Source of the DNA: Candidatus Omnitrophota bacterium
GTDB taxonomy: Bacteria > Omnitrophota > Omnitrophia > Omnitrophales > Aquincolibacteriaceae
Direction of reading: 5' to 3'
Assembly (NCBI GenBank): GCA_035368605.1
Contig: DAOSLF010000003.1
Location: 889 to 64,888, forward strand
DNA length: 64,000 nt
Below the pieces are notes generated by a model that was not told the origin of the DNA, did not search any database, and saw nothing but the letters and a program-made list of their open reading frames with translations. Of this stretch, positions 36,447-46,213 are shown piece after piece (positions within the stretch are counted from its first letter, which is position 1; every line of letters starts with the position of its first letter). Made by a program: the position numbers and the translations under genes.

Positions 36447-37727
36447 CTAAACACATTCACCCCGAACCAGGTCCTGGTAGGTCTCGCGTTTGCGGACGAT
36501 CCTGAAGGAGCTTCCCTTCACCATCACCTCGCAGGCGCGACCGCGGGAATTGTAGTTGGAACTCATCGTAAAACCGTAGGCACCCGCGGTCATAATCGTG
36601 AGGCATTCGCCGGGCCGCATTTCGGGAAGCTCCCGATCCTTCGCAAAAAAGTCCCCGCTTTCGCAGATGGGACCAACCACATCGTACACCCAGCGCCGGG
36701 CATCCGGGCGTTTCTGGACGGGCCAGATCGCGTGGTAGGCGTTGTAGAACGCGGGACGGATCAGGTCGTTCATACCCGCGTCCGTAATAAAAAATTTTTT
36801 CACGTTCGTTTCCTTCACATAGAGGATCTTCGCGGCGAGCACACCCGCGTTCCCCACGATGAAACGCCCGGGTTCGAAGATGACCTGGAACTTGCGTTTC
36901 CTGAGCAGGGGGAGGATCTTCGACGCGAACTCGTCTGCCGTCTGCGGGTCCTCGTCGCTATAGATGATGCCAAGGCCGCCGCCGAGGTTGAGGAACCTTA
37001 TCTTCATGCCCGCCGCCTCGATCTCATCGATAAATTCCAGTATCTTGCGGAATGCCTCGACAAAGGGCTCCCCCGTTTCGATCTGGGAACCGATATGGAC
37101 ATGAACACCCGTGAGCCGGGCGTGCGCGAGCGTCTTGCTCGCGAGGTAGATCGCACGCGCGCGTTCAAAGTCGATGCCGAACTTGGTCTCGGCCTTGCCG
37201 GTCGTGATGTAGTCGTGCGTGTGCGGGTCGACGTTCGGGTTGATGCGCAGCGACACATTCACTTTCTTTCGCATCTTCTTCGCGAGCGCGTTGATGCGCT
37301 CGAGCTCGGGCACGGACTCGACGTTGAAAAGGAGGATGCGAGCCCTGATCGCCTCGCGAATCTCCTCGTCCTTTTTTCCGACGCCGGCGTAGACGATCTT
37401 CCGGCCCTGGCATTTCACCTTCCTCGCGCGGAAGAGCTCGCCGCCTGAGACAATGTCGAGGCCGGAGCCCTTCGCGACGAGCGCCCTCAGGACCGCAAGG
37501 TTCGAATTGGCCTTCACGGAATAACAGATCAGGGGCCGCACGGAGCGGAACGCGCGCTGGAGCTTCGCGAGGTGGTCGGTGAGCGTCTTCGAGCTGTAGA
37601 TATACGCGGGCGTGCCGGTCTTCTCCAGGATCTTCCTGAGCGGGACATTCTCGCAGCAGAGCTCGCCCTTCCGGTTATAGCAGAAATCGTGCATCCGGGA
37701 TTCTTCTTCGAAATCGATTCGTGACAT
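36447..37727 (-). CDS. lysA: diaminopimelate decarboxylase
   Basis: YSVKANSN, HIGSQ, GGGLG, EPGR and GPICESGD motifs of fold-III DapDC. ATG with GAGGT SD. Last gene of the arg operon. Confidence 0.9.
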   Translation of the reverse strand: MSRIDFEEESRMHDFCYNRKGELCCENVPLRKILEKTGTPAYIYSSKTLTDHLAKLQRAFRSVRPLICYSVKANSNLAVLRALVAKGSGLDIVSGGELFRARKVKCQGRKIVYAGVGKKDEEIREAIRARILLFNVESVPELERINALAKKMRKKVNVSLRINPNVDPHTHDYITTGKAETKFGIDFERARAIYLASKTLAHARLTGVHVHIGSQIETGEPFVEAFRKILEFIDEIEAAGMKIRFLNLGGGLGIIYSDEDPQTADEFASKILPLLRKRKFQVIFEPGRFIVGNAGVLAAKILYVKETNVKKFFITDAGMNDLIRPAFYNAYHAIWPVQKRPDARRWVYDVVGPICESGDFFAKDRELPEMRPGECLTIMTAGAYGFTMSSNYNSRGRACEVMVKGSSFRIVRKRETYQDLVRGECV

Positions 37728-37833
37728 AATCGTTACCTCGATTTTCCAGGATAGTTAACTCCCCTCTTTCCTGGGAGGGGCCGGGGGAGATTTCAGATTC
37801 CCCTGGATTCCCCCTTGGCCGAAGGGGGAACGT

Positions 37834-39213
37834 TCAAGCAAGCAGTCTCGTCCAATAGTCCATCTGCTGACGGACCTTGAGGGGATGCGTGCTGCCGATG
37901 GTCTTCTTGCCACGGACCGAAGTCTCGGGGTCGAAGAGATCGTAAATATCCGCGCCGATCCCGGGGGAGAACCTCTTCCACTCCCTGAGCGAAAGTTCCC
38001 GCAGCCCCTTGCCCGACTCCGCGGCGAAGCGCACGGCCTGGCCGACGGTCGAGTGGGCCTCCGAGAACGGGACCTTCTTGCGGACGAGGTACTCAAGGAT
38101 GTCCGTGGCGAAGAGCGTGTCGTCCGCGACCGCTTTCGCCATCGCCTTTTTCTGCCAGGTTGCGGACGCGACCGTGAGTGCGAGCACTTCAAGGGCGATC
38201 GTCGTCTTGTGGACCGCATCGAATGCGCCGGGCTTATCCTCCTGGAGGTCCCGGTTATAAGAAAGCGGCAGTCCCTTCTGGACGGTCAGGATCGACTGCA
38301 GATGCCCGAAGATCACCCCGGCCCTGCCCCGCACGAGCTCAAAGACATCAGGGTTCTTCTTCTGCGGCATCAGGCTGGAGCCCGTCGCGAACGCGTCGTC
38401 GAGCTCGACATACCCGAATGCCTCCGAGTTCCAGAGGATGAAATCCTCGGCGAGCCTCGAAAGATGCATCCAGAGGATCGAAAGGTTCGCCAGAAATTCC
38501 GCAAGGAACCCCCGGTCGCTCACGGCGGTCATGCTGTTTCGGGCGATTTTTTCGAAGCCGAGCTCCTTCGCGAGGAATTTTTGATCGATCGGAAGCGCGG
38601 AACCCGCGAGCGCCGCGGAACCGATCGGGAGGATATTGACGCGCTTCAAGGTGTCGGCAAGTCGGGCCTTGTCCTCCTCGAGCATCTCGACATAGGCGAG
38701 GAGGTGATGCGCGAGCAGCACCGGCTGGGCCTTCCTCAGATGCGTCATGCCGGGGACAATGGCCCCCTGGGCTTTTTCCGCCGCGGCGACGAGCGCCTTC
38801 TGGAGACGCGAGGTTTCATACCGTATCACCGCGATCTTTTCCCGGAGGCAGACCCGGGTGGACGTGACGACGAGGTCGTTCCGGCTGCGGCCCGTGTGGA
38901 GTTTCTTCGCGACCGCGCCTGAGCGCTTTTCGAGTTCGCTTTGGATCAGGGTGTGAATGTCTTCGACCTCCGCGACATAGCGGGCGATGTCTTTTCCCTC
39001 GAGGTCCTTCTCGATCCGCGCGAGGCCTTTCAGGATCGCCTTCGATTCGGCCTGTGTGATGATCGCGGTCCGCGCGAGCATCTTCGCCCACGCCGCGTTT
39101 ACGGCGAGTTCCGCGTCAAAGAGCTCTTTGTCGACGGCGAGCGAATAGCTGAAGCATCTCAACGCCGGATGCATTTCCTTCTTGAACCGACCGCCCCAGA
39201 GTTTTTTGGACAT
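37834..39213 (-). CDS. argH: argininosuccinate lyase
   Basis: MSKKLWGGRF... and full-length fumarase/ASL-family similarity. Confidence 0.95.
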   Translation of the reverse strand: MSKKLWGGRFKKEMHPALRCFSYSLAVDKELFDAELAVNAAWAKMLARTAIITQAESKAILKGLARIEKDLEGKDIARYVAEVEDIHTLIQSELEKRSGAVAKKLHTGRSRNDLVVTSTRVCLREKIAVIRYETSRLQKALVAAAEKAQGAIVPGMTHLRKAQPVLLAHHLLAYVEMLEEDKARLADTLKRVNILPIGSAALAGSALPIDQKFLAKELGFEKIARNSMTAVSDRGFLAEFLANLSILWMHLSRLAEDFILWNSEAFGYVELDDAFATGSSLMPQKKNPDVFELVRGRAGVIFGHLQSILTVQKGLPLSYNRDLQEDKPGAFDAVHKTTIALEVLALTVASATWQKKAMAKAVADDTLFATDILEYLVRKKVPFSEAHSTVGQAVRFAAESGKGLRELSLREWKRFSPGIGADIYDLFDPETSVRGKKTIGSTHPLKVRQQMDYWTRLLA

Positions 39214-39287
39214 ATTTACCCCCAGCTTGGAGCCCAGCGACGAGAGCCAAGAGCTGTTCCAGGCTCTTCGTTTTTCGCCCTTCGCGC

Positions 39288-40472
39288 TTAGCTTTTATAC
39301 ATTCCCTCGTACGGAAGGCCCCAGAGTTTCATGAACCCCGTCGCGGCCGTCCGGTCGAAGAGATCGCCCTTTGAATACGTCGCGAGTTTTTCCCGGTAGA
39401 GCGCAAACTTTGATTCGCGGCCCACGCAGATCGCGTGGCCCCGGTCGAGCTTGATCCTCACTTTTCCCGTGACACGCGCCTGGTTGGAGGCAAAGAAGGC
39501 GTCGAGGGCTTTTCTCAGGGGCGAGAACCAGAGCCCGAAATAGACAAGCTCGGCATATTTTTCGCTGAGCACGCGCTTGTAATGGATGAACTCGCGGTCC
39601 ATGACGAAGCCCTCGAGCTCGTCGTGGGCCTTCAGGAGCACATCCGCGGCCGGGGCCTCGTAGACCTCGCGGCTCTTGATCCCGACCAGGCGATTCTCGA
39701 TCATGTCAAAACGCCCGACGCCGTAGGCGCCCGCGACTGCATTGAGCCTGTCGATCAGCGTCACGAGCGGCATCTTCTTTCCGTCAAGGCTGACCGGCAC
39801 GCCCTTCACGAAACCGATCTCGATGTAGCGCGGCTTCTTCGGCGTCTTGTCACAGGCCTTTGTCATCACGTACGCGTCTTCCGGCGGCTCGAGCATGGGG
39901 TCTTCCAAAATCCCGGCCTCGATCGCGATCCCCCAGATGTTCTTGTCGATCGAGTAGATGCTTTTTTTCGTCACATCGATCGGGATACATTTCTCCCGCG
40001 CGTATTCGATCTCTTCTTCGCGGGTCTTAAACTCCCACTCGCGGAGCGGGGCAATGATCTTGAGATCCGGATTGAGCGCCCTCACCCCCACTTCAAGGCG
40101 GACCTGATCGTTGCCCTTGCCCGTGCAACCGTGCGCCACGGCCTCGGCGCCCTCGCGTTCAGCGACCTCGACCAGGTGCTTCGCGATCATGGGACGCCCG
40201 AGCGCGGTCGCGAGCGGATATTTCCCCTCGTAACGCGCGTGGGCCCAGATCGCGGGAAGGATGTAGTCCTTCGCGAACTCGTCCTTGAGATCGACGATGA
40301 AGGTCTTGAGCGCGCCGGCGGCTTTCGCGCGCTTGATCAGCTTGGTCTTGTCCTTGACTTCCCCGATGAACGCGGAAAAACAGATGACCTCGTAGCCGTA
40401 ATGTTCCTGCAGCCATTTCACGGCGCAGGAAGTGTCAAGTCCGCCTGAATATGCCAGCACTATTTTTTTCAT
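39288..40472 (-). CDS. argG: argininosuccinate synthase
   Basis: MKKIVLAYSGGLDTS... (PP-loop) and full-length ArgG similarity. Confidence 0.95.
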   Translation of the reverse strand: MKKIVLAYSGGLDTSCAVKWLQEHYGYEVICFSAFIGEVKDKTKLIKRAKAAGALKTFIVDLKDEFAKDYILPAIWAHARYEGKYPLATALGRPMIAKHLVEVAEREGAEAVAHGCTGKGNDQVRLEVGVRALNPDLKIIAPLREWEFKTREEEIEYAREKCIPIDVTKKSIYSIDKNIWGIAIEAGILEDPMLEPPEDAYVMTKACDKTPKKPRYIEIGFVKGVPVSLDGKKMPLVTLIDRLNAVAGAYGVGRFDMIENRLVGIKSREVYEAPAADVLLKAHDELEGFVMDREFIHYKRVLSEKYAELVYFGLWFSPLRKALDAFFASNQARVTGKVRIKLDRGHAICVGRESKFALYREKLATYSKGDLFDRTAATGFMKLWGLPYEGMYKS

Positions 40473-40541
40473 TGTTTCATCCTTTTCAATGACTGAAGGC
40501 CGGAAATGTTCCGGTTTTTCAAAAATCGATCGTCCCCAGCC

Positions 40542-41471
40542 TTATTGGATCGCTCCTTCGTTAAAGAGATGAAGCAAAACGGCCTTCTGGATGTGAAGCC
40601 GGTTCTCGGTTTCGTCGAATACGATGCAGTTCTTGCTTTCCATGACACTGTCGGTGATCTCCTCGCCGCGGTGCGCCGGCAGGCAGTGCATGATGAGCAC
40701 GTTTTTCCTGGCCTTCGCGACGAGCTCCCTATTGACCTGCATGCCCTGAAAGTCCTTCAGCTTCTTCTTCCGCATCGCCTCTTCGCCCATACTGACCCAG
40801 ACATCGGTGTAAATCGCATCCGCTCCGGCCACGGCCCTGGCGGGGTCAAAGAACCCTTCGATCACGGCCCCCGTCTTTTTCGCGATTTCCCGCGCGGTCC
40901 TCACGATCTTGGCGTCGGGCTGGTATTTCTTCGGCGTCGCGTAACGGATCTTCGCGCCCAGTTTCGCCGCGACAAGGATCAGCGAGTGCAGGACATTGTT
41001 GCCATCCCCTACGAACGCGAGGACGGGGTCTTTTTCGGCGGGGATCTTCTCATACAGCGTCATGTAATCCGCAAGCGCCTGGCAGGGATGCTCCTTGTCG
41101 CTCAAGCCGTTGATGACGGGTTTGTCGAAGTAGTCCCGGAACTCGGTAATTGTCCAGTGCGAAAAGGTTCGCATGACGACCCCCGCGAGGTACCGGTTGA
41201 GGACGCGCGCGACATCCCGCACCTCTTCCCGCACGCCGAGCTGGATGTCCTCGGGTCCGAGGTAGATCACACCGCCTCCCATCGCAAAGATGCCCGCCTG
41301 GAACGAAACCCAGGTCCTGGTCGACGGTTTCTCGAAAATGAAACCGAACATGCGTCCCTCGAGAACGTTCCGGAAATCCTGCGGCCGGGCCTTGAGATCC
41401 GCCGCAAGTGCGAACAACTTTTTGATCTCGTCCGTGCTGAGGTCGTTGATCGAGATCAATGAGTCGAACAT
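40542..41471 (-). CDS. argF: ornithine carbamoyltransferase
   Basis: STRTWVSFQ carbamoyl-phosphate motif and HCLP ornithine-binding motif. Confidence 0.9.
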   Translation of the reverse strand: MFDSLISINDLSTDEIKKLFALAADLKARPQDFRNVLEGRMFGFIFEKPSTRTWVSFQAGIFAMGGGVIYLGPEDIQLGVREEVRDVARVLNRYLAGVVMRTFSHWTITEFRDYFDKPVINGLSDKEHPCQALADYMTLYEKIPAEKDPVLAFVGDGNNVLHSLILVAAKLGAKIRYATPKKYQPDAKIVRTAREIAKKTGAVIEGFFDPARAVAGADAIYTDVWVSMGEEAMRKKKLKDFQGMQVNRELVAKARKNVLIMHCLPAHRGEEITDSVMESKNCIVFDETENRLHIQKAVLLHLFNEGAIQ

Positions 41472-42679
41472 GAGCAGTCTTCCTGTTTTTTCGACAGCTT
41501 CGCGAATACCTGGTCAAGGATCGCGACGGCCCTGCGGACCTCTTTCGCGGTCACGTTGAGCGCCGGCAGGAACCGTAGCACGTCGCCCTGGGTCGAATTG
41601 ACCAGAAGCCCCCGGTCGCGCGCCTCCTGGGCGTAGGGCGCGGACGGTGCGCTGAGCTTGAGGGCGCACATAAGGGCCATGCCGCGATATTCCTCGATCA
41701 CGGGATACTTTTCCCGGAGCTTCTCGAACTCGATCTTGAGGAGTTCCCCCATCCGGACCGTATTCGTGAGCAGTTTTTCCTTGCGAATCGCCTTAAAAAC
41801 GGCCAGGGACGCCGCGCACACGAGCGGGCTCCCGCCGAAGGTCGAGCCGTGCATGCCGGCCGTCAGAACCTCTTTTCTGATCCGTTTGTTCACGACAAAC
41901 GCACCGATCGGAACACCGCCGCCCAAAGCCTTCGAAAGCGTCATAATATCCGGTTCGACGCCGTGGTAATGCTGGTAGGCGAACATCTTGCCCGTCCGCC
42001 CCATACCGGTCTGCACTTCATCCAGGATGAGAAGCATATCCCGCTCGTCGCAAAGCTGGCGCAGGCCCTGCATGAATTCCGGCTTCGCGACGTGGATTCC
42101 GCCCTCCCCCTGGATCGGCTCGAGCATGATCGCCACAGTCTTCGGCGTGAGAAGTTTTTTCACGGACTCAAGATCGTTGAACTCGGCGTAGTGGAACTTC
42201 TCGATCAGCGGCTCGAAACCCTGATGAAACTTGTCCTGGCCGGTCGCGGTCATCGCTGCGATCGTCCTTCCGTGGAAGGACCGCTTCATCGTGATGATCT
42301 CGTAGCGACCGGTCTCGCCACCGTACTTTTTGGCGAACTTGATGGCACCCTCGTTCGCCTCGGCGCCGGAATTGCCGAAGAATACGCGTCCCGGGAAGGA
42401 GGCTTTCACAATCTCGCTGGCGAGCTCCGACTGCTTGATGTTGAGGAAGTTGTTCGGGATGTGGAGCATCGTCCGGGACTGGTGTTTGATCGCGTTGATC
42501 ACGGCCGGATGGCAGTGCCCCAGGCACGACACGCCCCAGCCCGGGAAGAAATCAAGATACTCCTTGCCTTCCAGGTCCCAGACCCGCGATCCTTTCCCCT
42601 TCACGAGACAGACCGGCAGCCGCGTGTAAGTGGGCATCACGTATTCGTTATAAAGTTTCTGGACGTCTGTGGTTTTCAT
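41456..42679 (-). CDS. argD: acetylornithine aminotransferase
   Basis: Class-III aminotransferase (GNSGAEANE..., PLP-lysine region). Overlaps the argF start by 16 nt. Confidence 0.9.
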   Translation of the reverse strand: MKTTDVQKLYNEYVMPTYTRLPVCLVKGKGSRVWDLEGKEYLDFFPGWGVSCLGHCHPAVINAIKHQSRTMLHIPNNFLNIKQSELASEIVKASFPGRVFFGNSGAEANEGAIKFAKKYGGETGRYEIITMKRSFHGRTIAAMTATGQDKFHQGFEPLIEKFHYAEFNDLESVKKLLTPKTVAIMLEPIQGEGGIHVAKPEFMQGLRQLCDERDMLLILDEVQTGMGRTGKMFAYQHYHGVEPDIMTLSKALGGGVPIGAFVVNKRIRKEVLTAGMHGSTFGGSPLVCAASLAVFKAIRKEKLLTNTVRMGELLKIEFEKLREKYPVIEEYRGMALMCALKLSAPSAPYAQEARDRGLLVNSTQGDVLRFLPALNVTAKEVRRAVAILDQVFAKLSKKQEDCSCSTH

Positions 42680-42748
42680 AGCCCTGTGTTCAGTTCTCAG
42701 CCCTCGGCATTCAGCCTTTACTGATAGCTGATCGCTGATGGCTGATCC

Positions 42749-43603
42749 CTATAGAGTTATTTCCGTTCCGATTCCCTGATCGGTAAAAATCTCGAGTAGC
42801 AACGCGTGCGGGATGCGCCCGTCGATGATGTGCGCTTTGGGGACACCGCCCTCAAGCGCGTCGATGCAGGCCTTCACCTTCGGGATCATGCCTCCCGAGA
42901 TGATCTGCTGGTCGATCAGCCTCTGCGTGTCGCCCACGCACAGTGACGGGATCAGGGTGCTTTCATCCTTGAAATCGCGCAGGATGCCCCTCACGTTCGT
43001 AAGCACCATGAACTTCTGGACTTGCATGGCGGCCGCGATGTTGGCCGCCGCCTCGTCCGCGTTCACGTTGTATATTTCGCCGTCCGGCCCCTTACCGACC
43101 GGAAAGATCACGGGAATCTTTCCGAACCCCGTCAGTTCCTTGATCGGGACCGTGTTGACCGAGGACACGTCGCCGACGAAACCGATGTCCCCGTGTTCCG
43201 TGTTCTTCACGACACTCAGGACCTTTGCGTCGTAACCGGAAAGACCGACCGCCGAACCGCCGAGCCGTTCGATGTCGTGAACGATGCCGCGGTTGAGCTC
43301 GGCCAGCGTTTCGTTGACAACCGAAATCGCGGGTTTGTCCGTCACGCGCAGTCCGTTGATAAACTGGCTCTGGATGCCCTTTTTCTTCATGTTCTCGGTG
43401 ATGTACTTGCCGCCGCCGTGAATCAGGACCGGACGGATACCGACGTAGCTCATGAACACGAGATCCTGGAGCACCATGTCCCGCACTTCCTGGTACGTGA
43501 GCGCGGCACCGCCATACTTGATGAGAACTTCCTTGCCGCGGAATTTCTGAATGTACGGAAGCGCTTCGATGAGGACGCCGGCCTTTTTGATCAGTTCCTG
43601 CAT
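42749..43603 (-). CDS. argB: acetylglutamate kinase
   Basis: ...LIKYGGAAL... amino-acid-kinase fold with full-length similarity. No SD upstream (A-rich leader). Confidence 0.9.
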   Translation of the reverse strand: MQELIKKAGVLIEALPYIQKFRGKEVLIKYGGAALTYQEVRDMVLQDLVFMSYVGIRPVLIHGGGKYITENMKKKGIQSQFINGLRVTDKPAISVVNETLAELNRGIVHDIERLGGSAVGLSGYDAKVLSVVKNTEHGDIGFVGDVSSVNTVPIKELTGFGKIPVIFPVGKGPDGEIYNVNADEAAANIAAAMQVQKFMVLTNVRGILRDFKDESTLIPSLCVGDTQRLIDQQIISGGMIPKVKACIDALEGGVPKAHIIDGRIPHALLLEIFTDQGIGTEITL

Positions 43604-43677
43604 TTTTTCGTGTGGAGCGCAGCGTGTTCGGCGTGGAGTTTTCCCCTACGCTCTACACTGCACGCTCTTCCCTTTCT

Positions 43678-44898
43678 CTAGGAATATGCCGCGTTAATGA
43701 GAACGTACTTCGTCGTGAGGTCGGACGTGATAAACTCCGCCCGGCCGCGGCCTTTGCCGATCTTGACATCGATCGTGTACTCTTTTTTCTGGAGGATCCG
43801 CCGCGCCTTCGGGATGTTGAGGACGCGAAGCTTCCCGAGGTGCACGACTTCGGCGTCACCGAACGAGATACTCAGGTGGTTCGGGTTGAAATCCACGCCG
43901 CTCGCGCCAACCGCGGCCGCGATGCGCCCCCAGTTCGGGTTCGAACCCGCGAGCATGGTCTTGAAAAGCATCGAGTTGGCGATCTGCCGCGCCGCGCGCT
44001 CGGCGTCCGTCGGGGTTTTCGCCCCCGAGAGACGCAGTTTGCAGACGTGCGTCACGCCCTCGCCGTCCTTCACCATTTCATAGGCGATGTACCGCATAAC
44101 CTCTTCGAGGGCCTCACGGAACATCCAGTAGTCGCGGTCGACCTTCGCGATCGTTGGGTTGCCGGCCAGGCCGTTCGCGAGGCAAAGCACCATGTCGTTG
44201 GTGCTCATATCGTTGTCGATCGCCATGCTGTTGAACGTGTCGTCCGCCGCGTGGCGCACCGCACGCCGCAGCATCGGTTTCGTGATCGCGCAATCGGTCG
44301 TGATGAAACAAAGCATCGTCGCCATATTCGGGTGCACCATACCCGCGCCCTTCGCGCAGGCCGCGATCGTCACTTTCTTCCCGCCGAGCTCGATCGAAAG
44401 CGCGATCTCCTTGTTGGAAAGGTCCGTTGTCAGAATCCCTTTCGCCGCGCCGTGACCGCCCGTGTCGGAGAGCTTCGCGACCAGTTTCGGGATCGCCCGT
44501 TTGACGCGCGTGACCGGGAACGGCACGCCGATAATTCCCGTCTGGGCGATGAGGACCTCGTTCGGGAGCACCTCGAGGGCCTTCGCGGTCTCCCATGTGA
44601 TTTCGTCAACCGCCTTCTTGCCGATCGCCCCATTCAGGCAATTTGCGTTCCCGCTCGTCCCGAGAATGGCGTGGTGCCTCGCATTGTTGATAACCTTCAT
44701 GGAATACAGCACGGGCCACGCCTTCGCGCGGTTGGTTGTGAACGTTCCCGCCGCGACACACGGAATCTTCGAGAAGATCAGCGACATGTCATATTTTTTT
44801 TTCTTCTTTTTGATGCCCGCGTGAATGCCGCCCGCCACGAAACCGCGCGGGGAAGTCACCGAACCGTTTTTTTCTCTCTTCCAAAAAGGTTTTTTCAT
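43678..44898 (-). CDS. argJ: bifunctional glutamate N-acetyltransferase/amino-acid acetyltransferase
   Basis: ArgJ family: the autocatalytic ATML/TxxxC region (NMATMLCFITTDC) is present. Contains a KKKKKK run encoded by an (A/T)8 homopolymer. Confidence 0.9.
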   Translation of the reverse strand: MKKPFWKREKNGSVTSPRGFVAGGIHAGIKKKKKKYDMSLIFSKIPCVAAGTFTTNRAKAWPVLYSMKVINNARHHAILGTSGNANCLNGAIGKKAVDEITWETAKALEVLPNEVLIAQTGIIGVPFPVTRVKRAIPKLVAKLSDTGGHGAAKGILTTDLSNKEIALSIELGGKKVTIAACAKGAGMVHPNMATMLCFITTDCAITKPMLRRAVRHAADDTFNSMAIDNDMSTNDMVLCLANGLAGNPTIAKVDRDYWMFREALEEVMRYIAYEMVKDGEGVTHVCKLRLSGAKTPTDAERAARQIANSMLFKTMLAGSNPNWGRIAAAVGASGVDFNPNHLSISFGDAEVVHLGKLRVLNIPKARRILQKKEYTIDVKIGKGRGRAEFITSDLTTKYVLINAAYS

Positions 44899-44976
44899 CG
44901 AGAACTGCTCTCCCTTAGATTGACTTGCATAGCGGTTTTCGCACTTCGTTCACAGCGATCATATCGTGAAGCGGTT

Positions 44977-46002
44977 TCAGATGAGCCCCGCACCCTCGGG
45001 GAAACCGAACCGGATGTTCATGTTCTGGACCGCCTGACCGGAGGCGCCCTTTAAAAGATTGTCGATGGCCGTAATGATGACAAGCCGCCCCGTGCGGGCG
45101 TCGAGCGAAACGCCGATGTCGCAGAAATTCGTGTTCCGGACGTCCTTCAGGCTCGGGAACTGTCCCGCAGGCTTGACCCGCACGAACGGGTCCTTGCCAT
45201 ACGCGGTCACGAGCGCCCGCCGCACTTCATCCTCCGTCACCGTCTTTTTGGCGGGCTCGACATAGATCGTCGCGAGAATACCGCGGTACACGGGAAGAAG
45301 ATGCGGGATGAACGTGATCGCAACCTCGCGGCCGGCCGCCAACGAAAGATTCTGCTCGATCTCGGGAATATGCTGGTGTTTATTGACCTTGTACGCGTTG
45401 TAGTTCCCGTCCACTTCGCAGAACTGTGTCGAGGTGACAAGCTTCTTCCCCGCGCCGCTCACGCCGGACGCGGCATTGATGATGACGGGATCATGCTTGA
45501 TAAGCTTCTTCTCCAAGAGCGGAATGAGCGCGAGCGAAGGGCCTGTCGGATAACACCCGGGATTGGAAATAAGCTCGGCCTTCCTGATCTTCTTCCGGTT
45601 CACTTCGCAAAGTCCGTAAACGGCCTGCCGGAGCCGCGCCGGGAACGCATGGTCGATTCCGTACCACTTCGGATAAAGCGTCGCGTCTTTCAGCCGGAAA
45701 TCCGCGGAGAGATCAATCACAACCTTTCCCGCCTGCAGAAACAGGTCCCCGGTCGTCATCGCCTCCGTGTGGGGCAGGCAGAGAAAAACCATGTCGGCCT
45801 TCTTCCTGAGATCTTCAAAATCATACGGGGTGATCTGGAGTTGCACGCCCCTGGGAACGGACGGAAGGACCTCAGAAAGCGGGATCGGCTTTTCCTGCCG
45901 AGTGGTGAGATGAGTGATCCGAACATCCGGATGGGAAAGCAACAACCTCGTGAGTTCAGCGCCTGTGTAACCCGTAGCGCCCAAGACAGCGCAGTTCAAC
46001 AT
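44977..46002 (-). CDS. argC: N-acetyl-gamma-glutamyl-phosphate reductase
   Basis: MLNCAVLGATGYTGAELTRLL... N-terminal NAD(P)-binding segment, with the catalytic Cys region (NPGCYPT). Confidence 0.9.
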   Translation of the reverse strand: MLNCAVLGATGYTGAELTRLLLSHPDVRITHLTTRQEKPIPLSEVLPSVPRGVQLQITPYDFEDLRKKADMVFLCLPHTEAMTTGDLFLQAGKVVIDLSADFRLKDATLYPKWYGIDHAFPARLRQAVYGLCEVNRKKIRKAELISNPGCYPTGPSLALIPLLEKKLIKHDPVIINAASGVSGAGKKLVTSTQFCEVDGNYNAYKVNKHQHIPEIEQNLSLAAGREVAITFIPHLLPVYRGILATIYVEPAKKTVTEDEVRRALVTAYGKDPFVRVKPAGQFPSLKDVRNTNFCDIGVSLDARTGRLVIITAIDNLLKGASGQAVQNMNIRFGFPEGAGLI

Positions 46003-46058
46003 CTGACGTCGGTTTCTCCTTTGCGGGAATAAAGGGACAGCCTCCTTGAGAACGCGTT

Positions 46059-46087
46059 ATTATAGGAATAGCTCTATCCTTTGTCAA
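46059..46087 (-). promoter_or_regulatory. consensus sigma70 promoter of the arg operon (TTGACA-17-TATAAT)
   Basis: The minus strand reads TTGACAaaggatagagctattccTATAAT, about 55 nt upstream of the argC ATG. Both hexamers are perfect consensus. Confidence 0.6.
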
Positions 46088-46175
46088 TTTAAGAAGTTAC
46101 GTCAAAAACCGGGGATGGACCGCGGCTCAAAACACTCATAACTCCATACCACGAATCAGGTTACGTGTATTTTGA

Positions 46176-46204
46176 TTGACATTCAGAGGTTAAATCTCTA
46201 TCTT
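46176..46204 (+). promoter_or_regulatory. putative sigma70 promoter of rnc (TTGACA-17-TATCTT) abutting the first ATGs
   Basis: TTGACAttcagaggttaaatctcTATCTT, directly followed by ATG (46205) and ATG (46214). The predicted TSS falls at about 46211-46214. Confidence 0.4.
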
Positions 46205-46213
46205 ATGAAATCC

